From Gallionella sp. (GTDB lineage: Bacteria > Pseudomonadota > Gammaproteobacteria > Burkholderiales > Gallionellaceae): DNA of 42,447 nucleotides. The position numbers were made by a program, and so were the translations under genes. Positions 9,130 to 17,050 of the stretch are shown here, piece after piece; position 1 is the first letter of the stretch, and every line of letters starts with the position of its first letter. Location: NCBI GenBank assembly GCA_036172035.1, contig JAVHSF010000322.1, positions 1 to 42,447 on the forward strand, in the 5' to 3' direction. The notes beneath the pieces are model-generated. The model saw nothing but the letters and a program-made list of their open reading frames with translations, made no database searches and was not told where the DNA came from.

Positions 9130-9376
9130 ATTCAAGACCGAAACAAAGTGGCGGAATTATTTCACATCTGCTGCGGGGGGTGTCATGTTTGGTGGGGATT
9201 TGAACCGTGGCGTGATGCGACTGCTTGAAGTGACCGATAATCCCTGAAAAACAGCCGTTTATCGCGGCATTCTAACCTTTCATAGGCAGCCCCGGAAATG
9301 GTTGTGCGGTGTTGGACGGATAACCCGCTTTTGTTAATCTGTAGGTACAGACATTTTCTGTATACGGGAACTTAAA

Positions 9377-9538
9377 ATGAAATACCTCAATAGCCACCCA
9401 CTACACAACGAACCTGATGCCACCCTCTGCTTTAACCCGGCAAGCCGAAAGCAGGATTTGCACTGGAAGGAATATTTACCCGTGATCCTGCTGGGCGTGA
9501 TCCTGCTGGGCTTGTTGATACCCAGTCTATTGTGGTGA
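9377..9538 (+). CDS. Putative 53-aa small membrane protein (below ORF-track cut-off)
   Basis: MKYLNSHPLHNEPDATLCFNPASRKQDLHWKEYLPVILLGVILLGLLIPSLLW; GGGAA 6 nt before ATG; C-terminal hydrophobic helix. Confidence 0.5.
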   Translation: MKYLNSHPLHNEPDATLCFNPASRKQDLHWKEYLPVILLGVILLGLLIPSLLW

Positions 9539-9751
9539 CAATGCGCCTGTCACTGGGGTTATCGCACCTTGAGCATACTCCTGGGAATGGCAGTTGACCG
9601 TTGCAATGATTTGGTAACTAAATGATTTTATTGGTAATTTTTTGGGTGATCTGATTCTCTGCATCGCTACGGGCGGGAATTGCGTGCTTCGTTGGCGTAG
9701 CTTGTAACGCCCTGGAATAGAACGATCATTTTGCTTACCCGGCGTATCGAA

Positions 9752-10951
9752 TTATTCCGTTCTCAATGCTTCTACCGGATCGAGCCGCGCTGCGCGCCGG
9801 GCTGGCATTACGCCCGCGATCAGGCCGATGCTGACGGCTGAGAGTTCGGCCAGCAGTGCGAACAGCCAGGGCGTGTGAACCGGCAGTGCGGGGAATAACC
9901 CGTGCAAGCCTTGTGCCATACCGACGCCCAGCGCCAGACCCGCCAGTCCACCCAGCGCGGAGAGCAACATCGCCTCGCCAAGGAACAGCGCCAACACCTG
10001 GTTTTCGCGCGCGCCCAGCGCGCGCAGCAAGCCGATTTCGGCGGTGCGCTCAGAGACCGCCATGGTCATGATGGTGAGGATGCCGACGCCGCCCACCAGC
10101 AGGGAAATCGCGCCTAATGCCCCCACCGCGAAGGTGATGACATCCAGCACAGAGCCTAGCACTTCTAGCGCCTTCTCCTGCGGGATCAGCGTGAAGTCTT
10201 CGCGCCCGTGCCGCTCCTTGAGCAGCGCGGTGATGGAACGCACCACGCTTTGCAGTTCAGAGTTGGCGTTGTAGCTCACGTGGATTTCCATCAATCCCGG
10301 ACGGTTGAACAACTCCATCGCCCGTGCGGCGGGGATAATCACAATATCGTCCAGATCGAAGCCCAGCACCTGCCCCTTGGGCTCCATCACGCCGATCACG
10401 CGGTAGCGTTGCCCGCCGACGCGCAGATAACTGCCGAGCGGGTTCTGTCCGGCGAATAATTCCTGACGCACCTTGGAGCCGAGTACAACCAGCGCGCGCG
10501 CCTGGGTGGGATCGTCGTCGGGCAGGAAACTGCCGGTCTGCACCTTCATACTGAAGATGTTCGGCATTTCATGGCCGTGTCCGTGCACCATGGTGCGGCG
10601 GGTCTTGCCATTGAAGCGCACCTCGGCATTACCCAGCACGCTGGGATCAACGTATTCGATGTTCGGCAAATGCCGCAAGGCCTGCGCGTCCTCGATCGAA
10701 ATCGTCTTGATCGAACCGAAGATGCCCACGTTCCCGCCCTGCGTCTGCGTCTTGCCGGGCTGGATGTTGATGATGTTCGTGCCGAACTGCGAGAACTCGG
10801 ACAAGACGAACTGATGCAGCCCCTCGCCGATGGAAGTCAGCAGAATCACCGCCGTGATGCCGATGGCGATGCCCAATCCCGTCAAAAAGCTGCGCACCCG
10901 GTAAGCCAGGAAGCTCGAAGTGGTGAGGCGGATCAGGTCGGGGAGCAGCAT
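9752..10951 (-). CDS. ABC exporter permease, MacB/FtsX family (second permease)
   Basis: RSFLTGLGIAIG, periplasmic domain, ISLLVGGVGI..IM..AV.ERT.EIGLLRALGA, PARRAARLDPVEALR; start trimmed to 10951. Confidence 0.93.
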   Translation of the reverse strand: MLLPDLIRLTTSSFLAYRVRSFLTGLGIAIGITAVILLTSIGEGLHQFVLSEFSQFGTNIINIQPGKTQTQGGNVGIFGSIKTISIEDAQALRHLPNIEYVDPSVLGNAEVRFNGKTRRTMVHGHGHEMPNIFSMKVQTGSFLPDDDPTQARALVVLGSKVRQELFAGQNPLGSYLRVGGQRYRVIGVMEPKGQVLGFDLDDIVIIPAARAMELFNRPGLMEIHVSYNANSELQSVVRSITALLKERHGREDFTLIPQEKALEVLGSVLDVITFAVGALGAISLLVGGVGILTIMTMAVSERTAEIGLLRALGARENQVLALFLGEAMLLSALGGLAGLALGVGMAQGLHGLFPALPVHTPWLFALLAELSAVSIGLIAGVMPARRAARLDPVEALRTE

Positions 10952-10957
10952 TGTTAC

Positions 10958-11068
10958 GTCATTCCGGCGCAGGCCGGAATCCAGCAAATTGAACAAGCCC
11001 CGCGTAGCGGGACAAGACCAAACCACCTATTGAATAAAAGCACCGGATTTCGGCCTGCGCCGAATAAC
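10958..11068. repeat. Inverted REP doublet (GTCATTCCGGCG-type)
   Basis: GTCATTCCGGCGCAGGCCGGAATCCAG (10958-10984) and a degenerate inverted copy CCGGATTTCGGCCTGCGCCGAATAAC (11043-11068); small hairpin CCCGCGTAGCGGG between; near-identical unit at 35025-35051. Confidence 0.8.
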
Positions 11069-11105
11069 CAGCGACTGCTCGCTTGCGGGCTTGGTCGAAT
11101 GGCTA
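11065..11105. repeat. Imperfect palindromic element abutting the REP doublet
   Basis: TAACCA-GCGAC-T-GCTCGC-TT-GCGGGC-TTG-GTCG-AA-TGGCTA folds as a bulged hairpin. Confidence 0.5.
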
Positions 11106-11114
11106 GTAGTTTCA

Positions 11115-11300
11115 TCAATGACATCCTGATGGATGGGCTGTCTTCAACACGACGTGGCCTCTTCTTACCCGGCTTTGCCAAGCGGATGGATTGCGTGAGC
11201 TATGGAAAACGGCGAGTACAACGACGCGGTCCTTTTCGTACCAATCACCCGCATCGTCAAGTTCGCGCCGGGTTTGTCGCCGGAAAATGAGGGGATACAT
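11115..11300 (-). pseudogene. ParE/RelE-family toxin with internal deletion
   Basis: ParE-like N-terminus MYPLIFRRQ.RRELDDAGDWYE joined directly to ParE-like C-terminus DRVVVLAVFHSSRNPSAWQSR; central core absent; TAATG overlap with the antitoxin. Confidence 0.75.
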
Positions 11301-11530
11301 TATCGTTTCCAGCGAGCGATGGCTTCAGTTTTTATAGTGTTCCAGCATATCGTGTCAGCCGGATCGGCATCGTCTTCTTCCAAACGGCGATTCAGTTCGT
11401 CCATTTCTGTCGTGCAGGGAAGTAACAAGCCCACCTCAACCGCGACCGAATCCAAGATGTCCTGCACCATGGCGATCCGCTCTTCGACACTCATGCTGTC
11501 TATGCCGAGCTTGTGCAGTGCTTGTCCCAT
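11300..11530 (-). CDS. Putative addiction-module antitoxin (TIGR02574/Unstab_antitox-like)
   Basis: MSVEERIAMVQDILDS...ELNRRL....DP....W..IK pattern; AGGAGA RBS; directly upstream of a parE-like frame. Confidence 0.8.
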   Translation of the reverse strand: MGQALHKLGIDSMSVEERIAMVQDILDSVAVEVGLLLPCTTEMDELNRRLEEDDADPADTICWNTIKTEAIARWKR

Positions 11531-11570
11531 GATATTCTCCTGTATTGCGGGGTTTCGTGGCTCCGATCCC

Positions 11571-11601
11571 CCCGGATTGCGCTGCGCTGCATCCGGGCTA
11601 C
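11571..11601 (-). repeat. GTAG-family REP element
   Basis: Minus strand GTAG-CCCGGATGCAGCGCAGCGCAATCCGGG: GTAG foot plus imperfect palindrome, 8 nt past the nuclease gene stop. Confidence 0.8.
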
Positions 11602-11609
11602 GCTGGCTG

Positions 11610-13208
11610 TCATTTCAATTGGTTAATCCGTTTGCGATTACGCTGTGCAATCGCAGCTTCGATAGTGCGTTTACCGATAGTCAGCGAAACTTCGTGCAGT
11701 ATATCTGGATGAGTCAACTCGCCCCATGTCTTGAAAGTGAAATGGTCAATAGAAAACCCATCGCTTCTTTCCTGAAATATCCATAAACCACGCCTTGCCG
11801 CCAAAGCCAACACCTTGGCCTGTAGCCGTAAAGCATAGGATTTCGCTTGAACAAATGACTCTTTCAATTCTTTGTTCGTATTGATGTCAAATTTGCATTC
11901 AATCACCGCCACCGCACTTTCTTCGCCGTGGAGAGGATCTCCGCCCAAAACATAGTCTGGATAGTTGCGCTCTCTGCGCCCCATTCTTACCGGGAGTTGC
12001 CGTATCCAGTCCATTCCATCGAATCCAAGATTTCGAAGCAGCGGCTCCAATAGTTTCAGTTCAACACCGCGTTCATTTTCAAGTCCGGCGACAGAAAATT
12101 CTTCCACGGCGGGCGGTGATGGCAAGAGTGAAATATCGAATCCGCGTTGTTGCAATAGCTCAACTATCGCGGCGTAGCCAAGGATGGGAAATGCCTTGCC
12201 ACTCGTGCCTTGAAAATGAGCCCGAACACTGGGAAAAGTTCCCATCAAGGGATGTTTGGCAAATTCTGCAAAAGGTATGGGCGTAATTTTTATCGGGTTG
12301 CCCACATGAATCATGGAGTAGTAATAAAAATACGGGTCGTTACAACCTTCATCTAACGCACGCCAAACGGAATGAAGGTGGCTTTTTGGTGAGGCACAAT
12401 ACAACAGAATTATGTCGCCGCGTCGTGTCTCTAAATTGCCTTGCCAGTAGGTTGAAGAATCTTTGTTGATGGTGTCCAAGTAGTCAAAATCATTATTCTC
12501 TACCCCGCCAATAGAAAACCAGATACGCGAAGGTGGCGGCAATTCACGCAATTCTTTCGTTGCGAAATTCTTCGGTGCAAAGTCATACAAGAAGGCATTA
12601 AGTTCTTGCGGTGAAAGCTCATGAGTTTTTCGGAAGTTGTAGAATGCGCGGTTCACGTGAAGGTAATACAGCGCCCGTTCACGTTGTTGTAGTTTGCCCG
12701 GAATTTCAGAAAGGGCAATGTCAAAGAAGTGGCATATTTTTTGGAGCTGATTGAAGCGTCTTGGAAAAAGGTAGGGAATGAAGAATTCAGGATGGGCATC
12801 GTGAAGTCCGGCTGACACACCGTCAATATTCGTGATTACATCTGAATAATATTTAGGATCATCTTTACCCCCACCAAAGTCTGCTCTATAACCTTTGCCA
12901 TCGTCATTATCAATTGGGAATGGAATAACTTCGTCCGCAATATGGGTGAAAAGTTTCTCCGCCTCGTCTAGGCATGTGATTACTTGTTTTGCGGCATATT
13001 TTTTTATCTCTTGGCGAAGATTAACCTCCGCCCAATGTTCCATGACTTCACCATTCGACATTTCGTAGTAACTTAATTGACGAACAAATGCTTCTACCCC
13101 AAATGAAAGCGTATCTGGCTCAATAAATTCAGCAACATTCTGACCAATAGCTGCGCGTCCCTCTCGCGAGTTGCGATACAAGTTCCACAGAAATCTGTTA
13201 AATTCCAT
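11610..13208 (-). CDS. Uncharacterised multidomain nuclease: helical domain + EVE/PUA-like domain + HsdR-N-like PD-(D/E)xK domain
   Basis: C-terminal NERGVE...LLEPLL..LGF...YPDYVL...VIECK...QAKSY; central W....WQGN....GDIILLYC.SP...DP...I.F.EF..HP; AT-richer than flanks; alternative TTG start at 13247 overlaps the upstream stop. Confidence 0.75.
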   Translation of the reverse strand: MEFNRFLWNLYRNSREGRAAIGQNVAEFIEPDTLSFGVEAFVRQLSYYEMSNGEVMEHWAEVNLRQEIKKYAAKQVITCLDEAEKLFTHIADEVIPFPIDNDDGKGYRADFGGGKDDPKYYSDVITNIDGVSAGLHDAHPEFFIPYLFPRRFNQLQKICHFFDIALSEIPGKLQQRERALYYLHVNRAFYNFRKTHELSPQELNAFLYDFAPKNFATKELRELPPPSRIWFSIGGVENNDFDYLDTINKDSSTYWQGNLETRRGDIILLYCASPKSHLHSVWRALDEGCNDPYFYYYSMIHVGNPIKITPIPFAEFAKHPLMGTFPSVRAHFQGTSGKAFPILGYAAIVELLQQRGFDISLLPSPPAVEEFSVAGLENERGVELKLLEPLLRNLGFDGMDWIRQLPVRMGRRERNYPDYVLGGDPLHGEESAVAVIECKFDINTNKELKESFVQAKSYALRLQAKVLALAARRGLWIFQERSDGFSIDHFTFKTWGELTHPDILHEVSLTIGKRTIEAAIAQRNRKRINQLK

Positions 13209-13243
13209 AAGGTTAGCTCTACGTTCCGTGGAATTTGTCCAGA

Positions 13244-13627
13244 TCAAGCCGCCCGTCTGTCGGGCAGATTCATATCCACCACGATTTTGTCGTAGGGCGT
13301 GAAAACCAGACCGTTTTCATCTTTCTCGATGGCCATCCATTCGATCAGGCGGTCGCAGTCGTTATGGACATTCTTGTAATCGCGTTTGAGTTGGCGCGCC
13401 AGTTCGGCGGTGGTCATCGCGCCACCTTTTCGTAACGTGCCGATCAGTTCCCAGCGCTTGGGTGTGAAGACCGAGAACAATTCACCGACATCGTCGAAGC
13501 CGACGCCGAAATAGGGTTTGACGGGGAGGCCTTCTTTTGCTGCCAGCATGGTGGCAGAGGCGCGCGCAAGACTGGCGGTGACGGGTTCGCCTACGGTCAG
13601 ATGCAGTACGGTGTTATTGATTTTCAT
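13244..13627 (-). CDS. Winged-HTH antitoxin (TumA/HVO_A0114-like)
   Basis: F..V.EL..VFTPKRWELI..LR..G.MT..ELARQLKRDYKNVH.D...L; ATGA overlap with the toxin gene. Confidence 0.8.
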   Translation of the reverse strand: MKINNTVLHLTVGEPVTASLARASATMLAAKEGLPVKPYFGVGFDDVGELFSVFTPKRWELIGTLRKGGAMTTAELARQLKRDYKNVHNDCDRLIEWMAIEKDENGLVFTPYDKIVVDMNLPDRRAA

Positions 13628-13908
13628 TTTGTCGCCTCCATTACGTCTTGCCAGAAATCTTCGAGTAATCGGGTTTCGTCCGTGTAGGTGTAGGGCAACT
13701 CGGTTTCACCCAGATGTTTGTGGTCGCCTTTGCCGCGCTCGTTGTCGTAGCCGACCACACGCATATCATTGTGGATAAACACAAAACGATACTTGAACGG
13801 ATGCTCAGAGGGCGGCACGGGTTCAGGCACTCGCCAGATAACCAGCTCGATGATGCCGCCAGCATAGCTACGTTTCTCGCGATATAACAGTTCGGCTTTT
13901 GCCTTCAT
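13624..13908 (-). CDS. DUF6516/TumE-like toxin
   Basis: ELVIWRVPEPVPPSEHPFKYR......RVVGYDNERGKGDHKH.....PY......L..DF..DV; start trimmed to MKAKAELL. Confidence 0.82.
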   Translation of the reverse strand: MKAKAELLYREKRSYAGGIIELVIWRVPEPVPPSEHPFKYRFVFIHNDMRVVGYDNERGKGDHKHLGETELPYTYTDETRLLEDFWQDVMEATK

Positions 13909-13914
13909 GGCTGA

Positions 13915-13944
13915 ATTATGGGTGCGGATGATATATGGTGTCAA
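13915..13944 (-). promoter_or_regulatory. Sigma70 promoter of the toxin-antitoxin-nuclease unit
   Basis: TTGACA (13944-13939), 18-nt spacer, CATAAT (13920-13915), then ATG 6 nt later. Confidence 0.7.
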
Positions 13945-13953
13945 GAACCATAG

Positions 13954-15162
13954 CTATCTTCCCGCCAGCGCAGTCACCGGGTCGAGGCGGGCGGCGCGGC
14001 GGGCGGGCCAGACGCTGAACAGGATGCCGGTGGCAAGCGAGGTGCCGATTGCGGCGAGTACCGCCCACCACGGCGCGACGACGGGCAGCGAGGGATAAAT
14101 CTTGCCGATCGCCAGTACGCCGAGTTCGCCCAGCATCAGGCCTGCCACGCTGCCGATGCCGGACAGCAGTACGGCTTCGGCGAAGAACAGATTGCGGATT
14201 TGCGCGGCGGGCGCGCCCAGGGCTTTGAGCAGGCCGATTTCTTTTACGCGCTGCGAGACGGCGATGAGCATCACGTTCATGATCAGCACGCCTGCCACCG
14301 CCAGGCTGATCGCGGCGATGCCGCCAATGGCCAGCGTCAGCGCGCGCAGGATGCGGTCGAAGGTGGCCAGCACGGCATCCTGTGTGACCACCGTCACGTC
14401 GCGTTCGCCGTTGTGACGCTCGGTGAGAATCTGTTCTGCAGCGCGTTTGGCAGGCTCGATGGCATCGCGGCTCTTGGCTTCGACCAGCACGCGGAACAGA
14501 CCGGTGGTGTTGAACAGGATATGCGCCGAGGCGACCGGCACGATGACGATCTCGTCGGTGTTGAAGCCCATGGATTCGCCTTGAGCAGCCATCACGCCGA
14601 TTACGCGGAAACGCCGGTCGCCCAGCCTCACCCAGGCACCGATGCCGGAATCGTTGCCGAACAGTTCGCGCCTGATCTTGGCACCCAGTACGCACACCGA
14701 TTCGCTGGAATGCATGTCGCCTGCGGACAGGAATTGGCCTTGTCCCAGTGTCATGTGGCGCACCGGCAGCAGGTCGGCGGTGGAGCCGAGTACGATCACC
14801 TCGCGGTTGAGCGCGTCTTTTGAAATCTGCGAAGTGCCGATGGTCAGCGGCGCGATGCGCTTGATGGCGGGGTTCTTCAACAGGGCTGCTGCGTCGTCCA
14901 GCGTGAGTTCGCGCGGGATCTGGCCGAGTAACATGCCGGGGCCGATACCTGCCGTCTCGGTGCGACCGGGGAACACGATGACCAGATTGGTACCCAGCGA
15001 GGAAAATTGATTGACCACGTAGCGCCGCGCCCCTTCGCCCAGCGCGGTCAACACCACGACGGAGGCAACGCCTATGGACATCGCCAGGATCATCAGCAAG
15101 GTGCGTGAGCGGCTGCCGCGCAAACTGCCTGAAGCGAACTGCGCGACATCAACGAGTCTCAT
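13954..15162 (-). CDS. ABC exporter permease, MacB/FtsX family (first permease)
   Basis: RTLLMILAMSIGVASVV, IMNVMLIAVSQRVKEIGLLKALGA, PARRAARLDPV.AL. Confidence 0.93.
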   Translation of the reverse strand: MRLVDVAQFASGSLRGSRSRTLLMILAMSIGVASVVVLTALGEGARRYVVNQFSSLGTNLVIVFPGRTETAGIGPGMLLGQIPRELTLDDAAALLKNPAIKRIAPLTIGTSQISKDALNREVIVLGSTADLLPVRHMTLGQGQFLSAGDMHSSESVCVLGAKIRRELFGNDSGIGAWVRLGDRRFRVIGVMAAQGESMGFNTDEIVIVPVASAHILFNTTGLFRVLVEAKSRDAIEPAKRAAEQILTERHNGERDVTVVTQDAVLATFDRILRALTLAIGGIAAISLAVAGVLIMNVMLIAVSQRVKEIGLLKALGAPAAQIRNLFFAEAVLLSGIGSVAGLMLGELGVLAIGKIYPSLPVVAPWWAVLAAIGTSLATGILFSVWPARRAARLDPVTALAGR

Positions 15163-15839
15163 GTTTCCCGTCCGGTTTCGCTGACGATCCGTCCGTCCAC
15201 CATATGTAATTGCCGCTTTGCGCGTCCACCGATGACCGGGTCGTGGGTGACGACGATCAGCGTGACCTTTTGCTCGACAAGCGTTTCCAGCAGGTTGATG
15301 ACTTCGCGGCCAGTGGTCTGGTCGAGGTTGCCGGTCGGTTCGTCGGCCAGCAATACGGCGGGATGCATGCTGGTGGCGCGGGCGATCGCCACGCGTTGCC
15401 GCTGCCCACCGGAAAGCTGGTCGGGACGATGGTCGGCGCGGTCGGTCAGCCCGTAGTTTTCCAGCAGTTGCGCGACGCGGGTTTTGCGTTCGGCGGGAGT
15501 GATGCCCGCCAGTATCAGCGGCAGTTCGACATTCATCGCAGCGGTCAGGCGCGGCACCAGATGGAAAGACTGGAACACGAAGCCGATCTTTTCGCTGCGC
15601 ACTTTGGCCTGTTGTTCGTCATCCAGTGCGGTGACATCGCCGCCGTCCAGCTTGTAGGTTCCTGAACTGGGACGATCCAACAGACCGATCAAATTGAGCA
15701 GCGTGGATTTTCCAGAACCGGACGGCCCCATGATGGAAACATAGTCGCCTGCCGCGATGGATAGATTGATGTCGCGCAACGCGGTGACCTGCTGGTCGCC
15801 GACCTGAAAGCTGCGGCTGATCCCGCTGAATTCAATCAT
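15159..15839 (-). CDS. ABC transporter ATP-binding protein (MacB/LolD-like)
   Basis: GPSGSGKST, GFVFQSF, LSGGQRQRVAIARA, LLADEPTGNLD, VTHD. Confidence 0.95.
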   Translation of the reverse strand: MIEFSGISRSFQVGDQQVTALRDINLSIAAGDYVSIMGPSGSGKSTLLNLIGLLDRPSSGTYKLDGGDVTALDDEQQAKVRSEKIGFVFQSFHLVPRLTAAMNVELPLILAGITPAERKTRVAQLLENYGLTDRADHRPDQLSGGQRQRVAIARATSMHPAVLLADEPTGNLDQTTGREVINLLETLVEQKVTLIVVTHDPVIGGRAKRQLHMVDGRIVSETGRET

Positions 15840-17017
15840 CTGGCAGATTTGCCGGTTTCCGGCTGTACTTTTACGCCCGCTTTCACGCCCTCTTGATCCA
15901 GCGACAGTACGATTTGCTCGCCTGCGTTAAGCCCGGAGGTGATTTCGGTCTGTTCCCAGTTGGCAAGCCCCGTGCTGACGGTGCGTTCTTCGAGTACGCC
16001 ATCCGCCTTGTAGAGCAGGACGCGATGGCCTTCCAGCAGACTTTGTGTCGGGATGCGCAGCACGTTTTGATGGGTTGTATGGACGATTTCGACATCGGCG
16101 CTGTAGCCTGCCAGCAGGTTTTCGGAGGTCGGTGGTTCGACGAAATCCACCTCGACCTCGACGGTGCGCGCCTGTTTTTCCAGTTCCAGCACATAGGGTG
16201 CGACGCGCTTGACGCGGCCAGCGAAAGTCTTGCCCTTGATCGCGTCCAGCGTGATGCGAGCCGTTTGCCCCGCCTTGATATTGGCGGCATCCACTTCGTC
16301 TATCGGCGCGCTGACGAACAGGCAGCGGTCGTCTATCAGATCTATGGCGGGCGGGGTGGGAATGCCGGGTGGGGAAGGCGTGGCGTATTCGCCCAGTTCG
16401 CCGCTGATGTCGGCGACGATGCCGTCGAACGGGGCTTTGAGTACCATGCGGTCGAGGCCGGCATGGGCGGCGGCGATGCGTGATCGGCTTTGCTCTATCT
16501 GGCTGCGCGCCGCTTCACATCCGCCTTGTGCCACCTTGGCTGCGGCGGTTTTTTGCTCCAACCCTTCATTGGAAATGAATCCTCTGGCCTGTAACTGGCG
16601 CGCGCGAACGGCTTCTTTCTCCGCCAGAGCGGCCTGTACGCAGGCTTGTCTTGCCTGCGTCTGCGCCATGATCAATTGCTCTTGCGCGAGGCGCGATTGC
16701 GCCTGCAAGTCGTTATTCCACAATTCCAGCAATATTTGACCGGACTTGACGCGCTCGCCCTTTTTGACCAGCAGATGCGCGATCTGGCCGCCAGACGGAG
16801 CAGACAGCTTGGCGCGATGGCAGGCTTTTACCGTTCCGGCGCGGGTATTGCTGACGGTTGCTTCGACCGCGCCGCGCCCTGGCGAAATAAGTTGTACGCG
16901 AGGTGGGGCGGGGCGCGTGAAATGCCAGATTGCAGATACCAGCAAAATTAACGCCGCCAACCAGAGAAGATAGCGGGTGATTCCTCTGTTGTGCTGCGCT
17001 TGCCGGACAATCGTCAT
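15836..17017 (-). CDS. Efflux periplasmic adaptor (MacA-like membrane fusion protein)
   Basis: N-terminal TM, lipoyl halves LVKKGERVKSGQIL and LKAPFDGIV, coiled-coil hairpin, IDEVD, TGL.N...EI.SGL. Confidence 0.9.
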   Translation of the reverse strand: MTIVRQAQHNRGITRYLLWLAALILLVSAIWHFTRPAPPRVQLISPGRGAVEATVSNTRAGTVKACHRAKLSAPSGGQIAHLLVKKGERVKSGQILLELWNNDLQAQSRLAQEQLIMAQTQARQACVQAALAEKEAVRARQLQARGFISNEGLEQKTAAAKVAQGGCEAARSQIEQSRSRIAAAHAGLDRMVLKAPFDGIVADISGELGEYATPSPPGIPTPPAIDLIDDRCLFVSAPIDEVDAANIKAGQTARITLDAIKGKTFAGRVKRVAPYVLELEKQARTVEVEVDFVEPPTSENLLAGYSADVEIVHTTHQNVLRIPTQSLLEGHRVLLYKADGVLEERTVSTGLANWEQTEITSGLNAGEQIVLSLDQEGVKAGVKVQPETGKSAR

Positions 17018-17050
17018 GCGATTTCCCCATAAAGTTGGATTTGGAAGCGT

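Noticed and set aside
9339-9350. LexA box (CTGT...ACAG) upstream of the small ORF
   Set aside because: Spacing is N4, not the N8 required
11065-11105. Integron attC interpretation of the bulged hairpin in the islet
   Set aside because: Ends do not give a proper RYYYAAC...GTTRRRY pair, the hairpin is too short, it is not repeated after each gene, and there is no IntI
10954-11786. ORFs 10954-11181(-), 10571-11290(+) and 11202-11786(+)
   Set aside because: They run through REP hairpins or antisense to better-supported genes; peptides such as WIPACAGMT are just REP translations
11610-13247. Calling the nuclease a type I restriction subunit HsdR
   Set aside because: No DEAD-box helicase motifs, the nuclease domain is C-terminal, and there is no hsdM/hsdS nearby
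16985-17017. RQAQH at the adaptor N-terminus as a domesticated REP remnant
   Set aside because: Only a short degenerate resemblance, with no second copy or hairpin in the window
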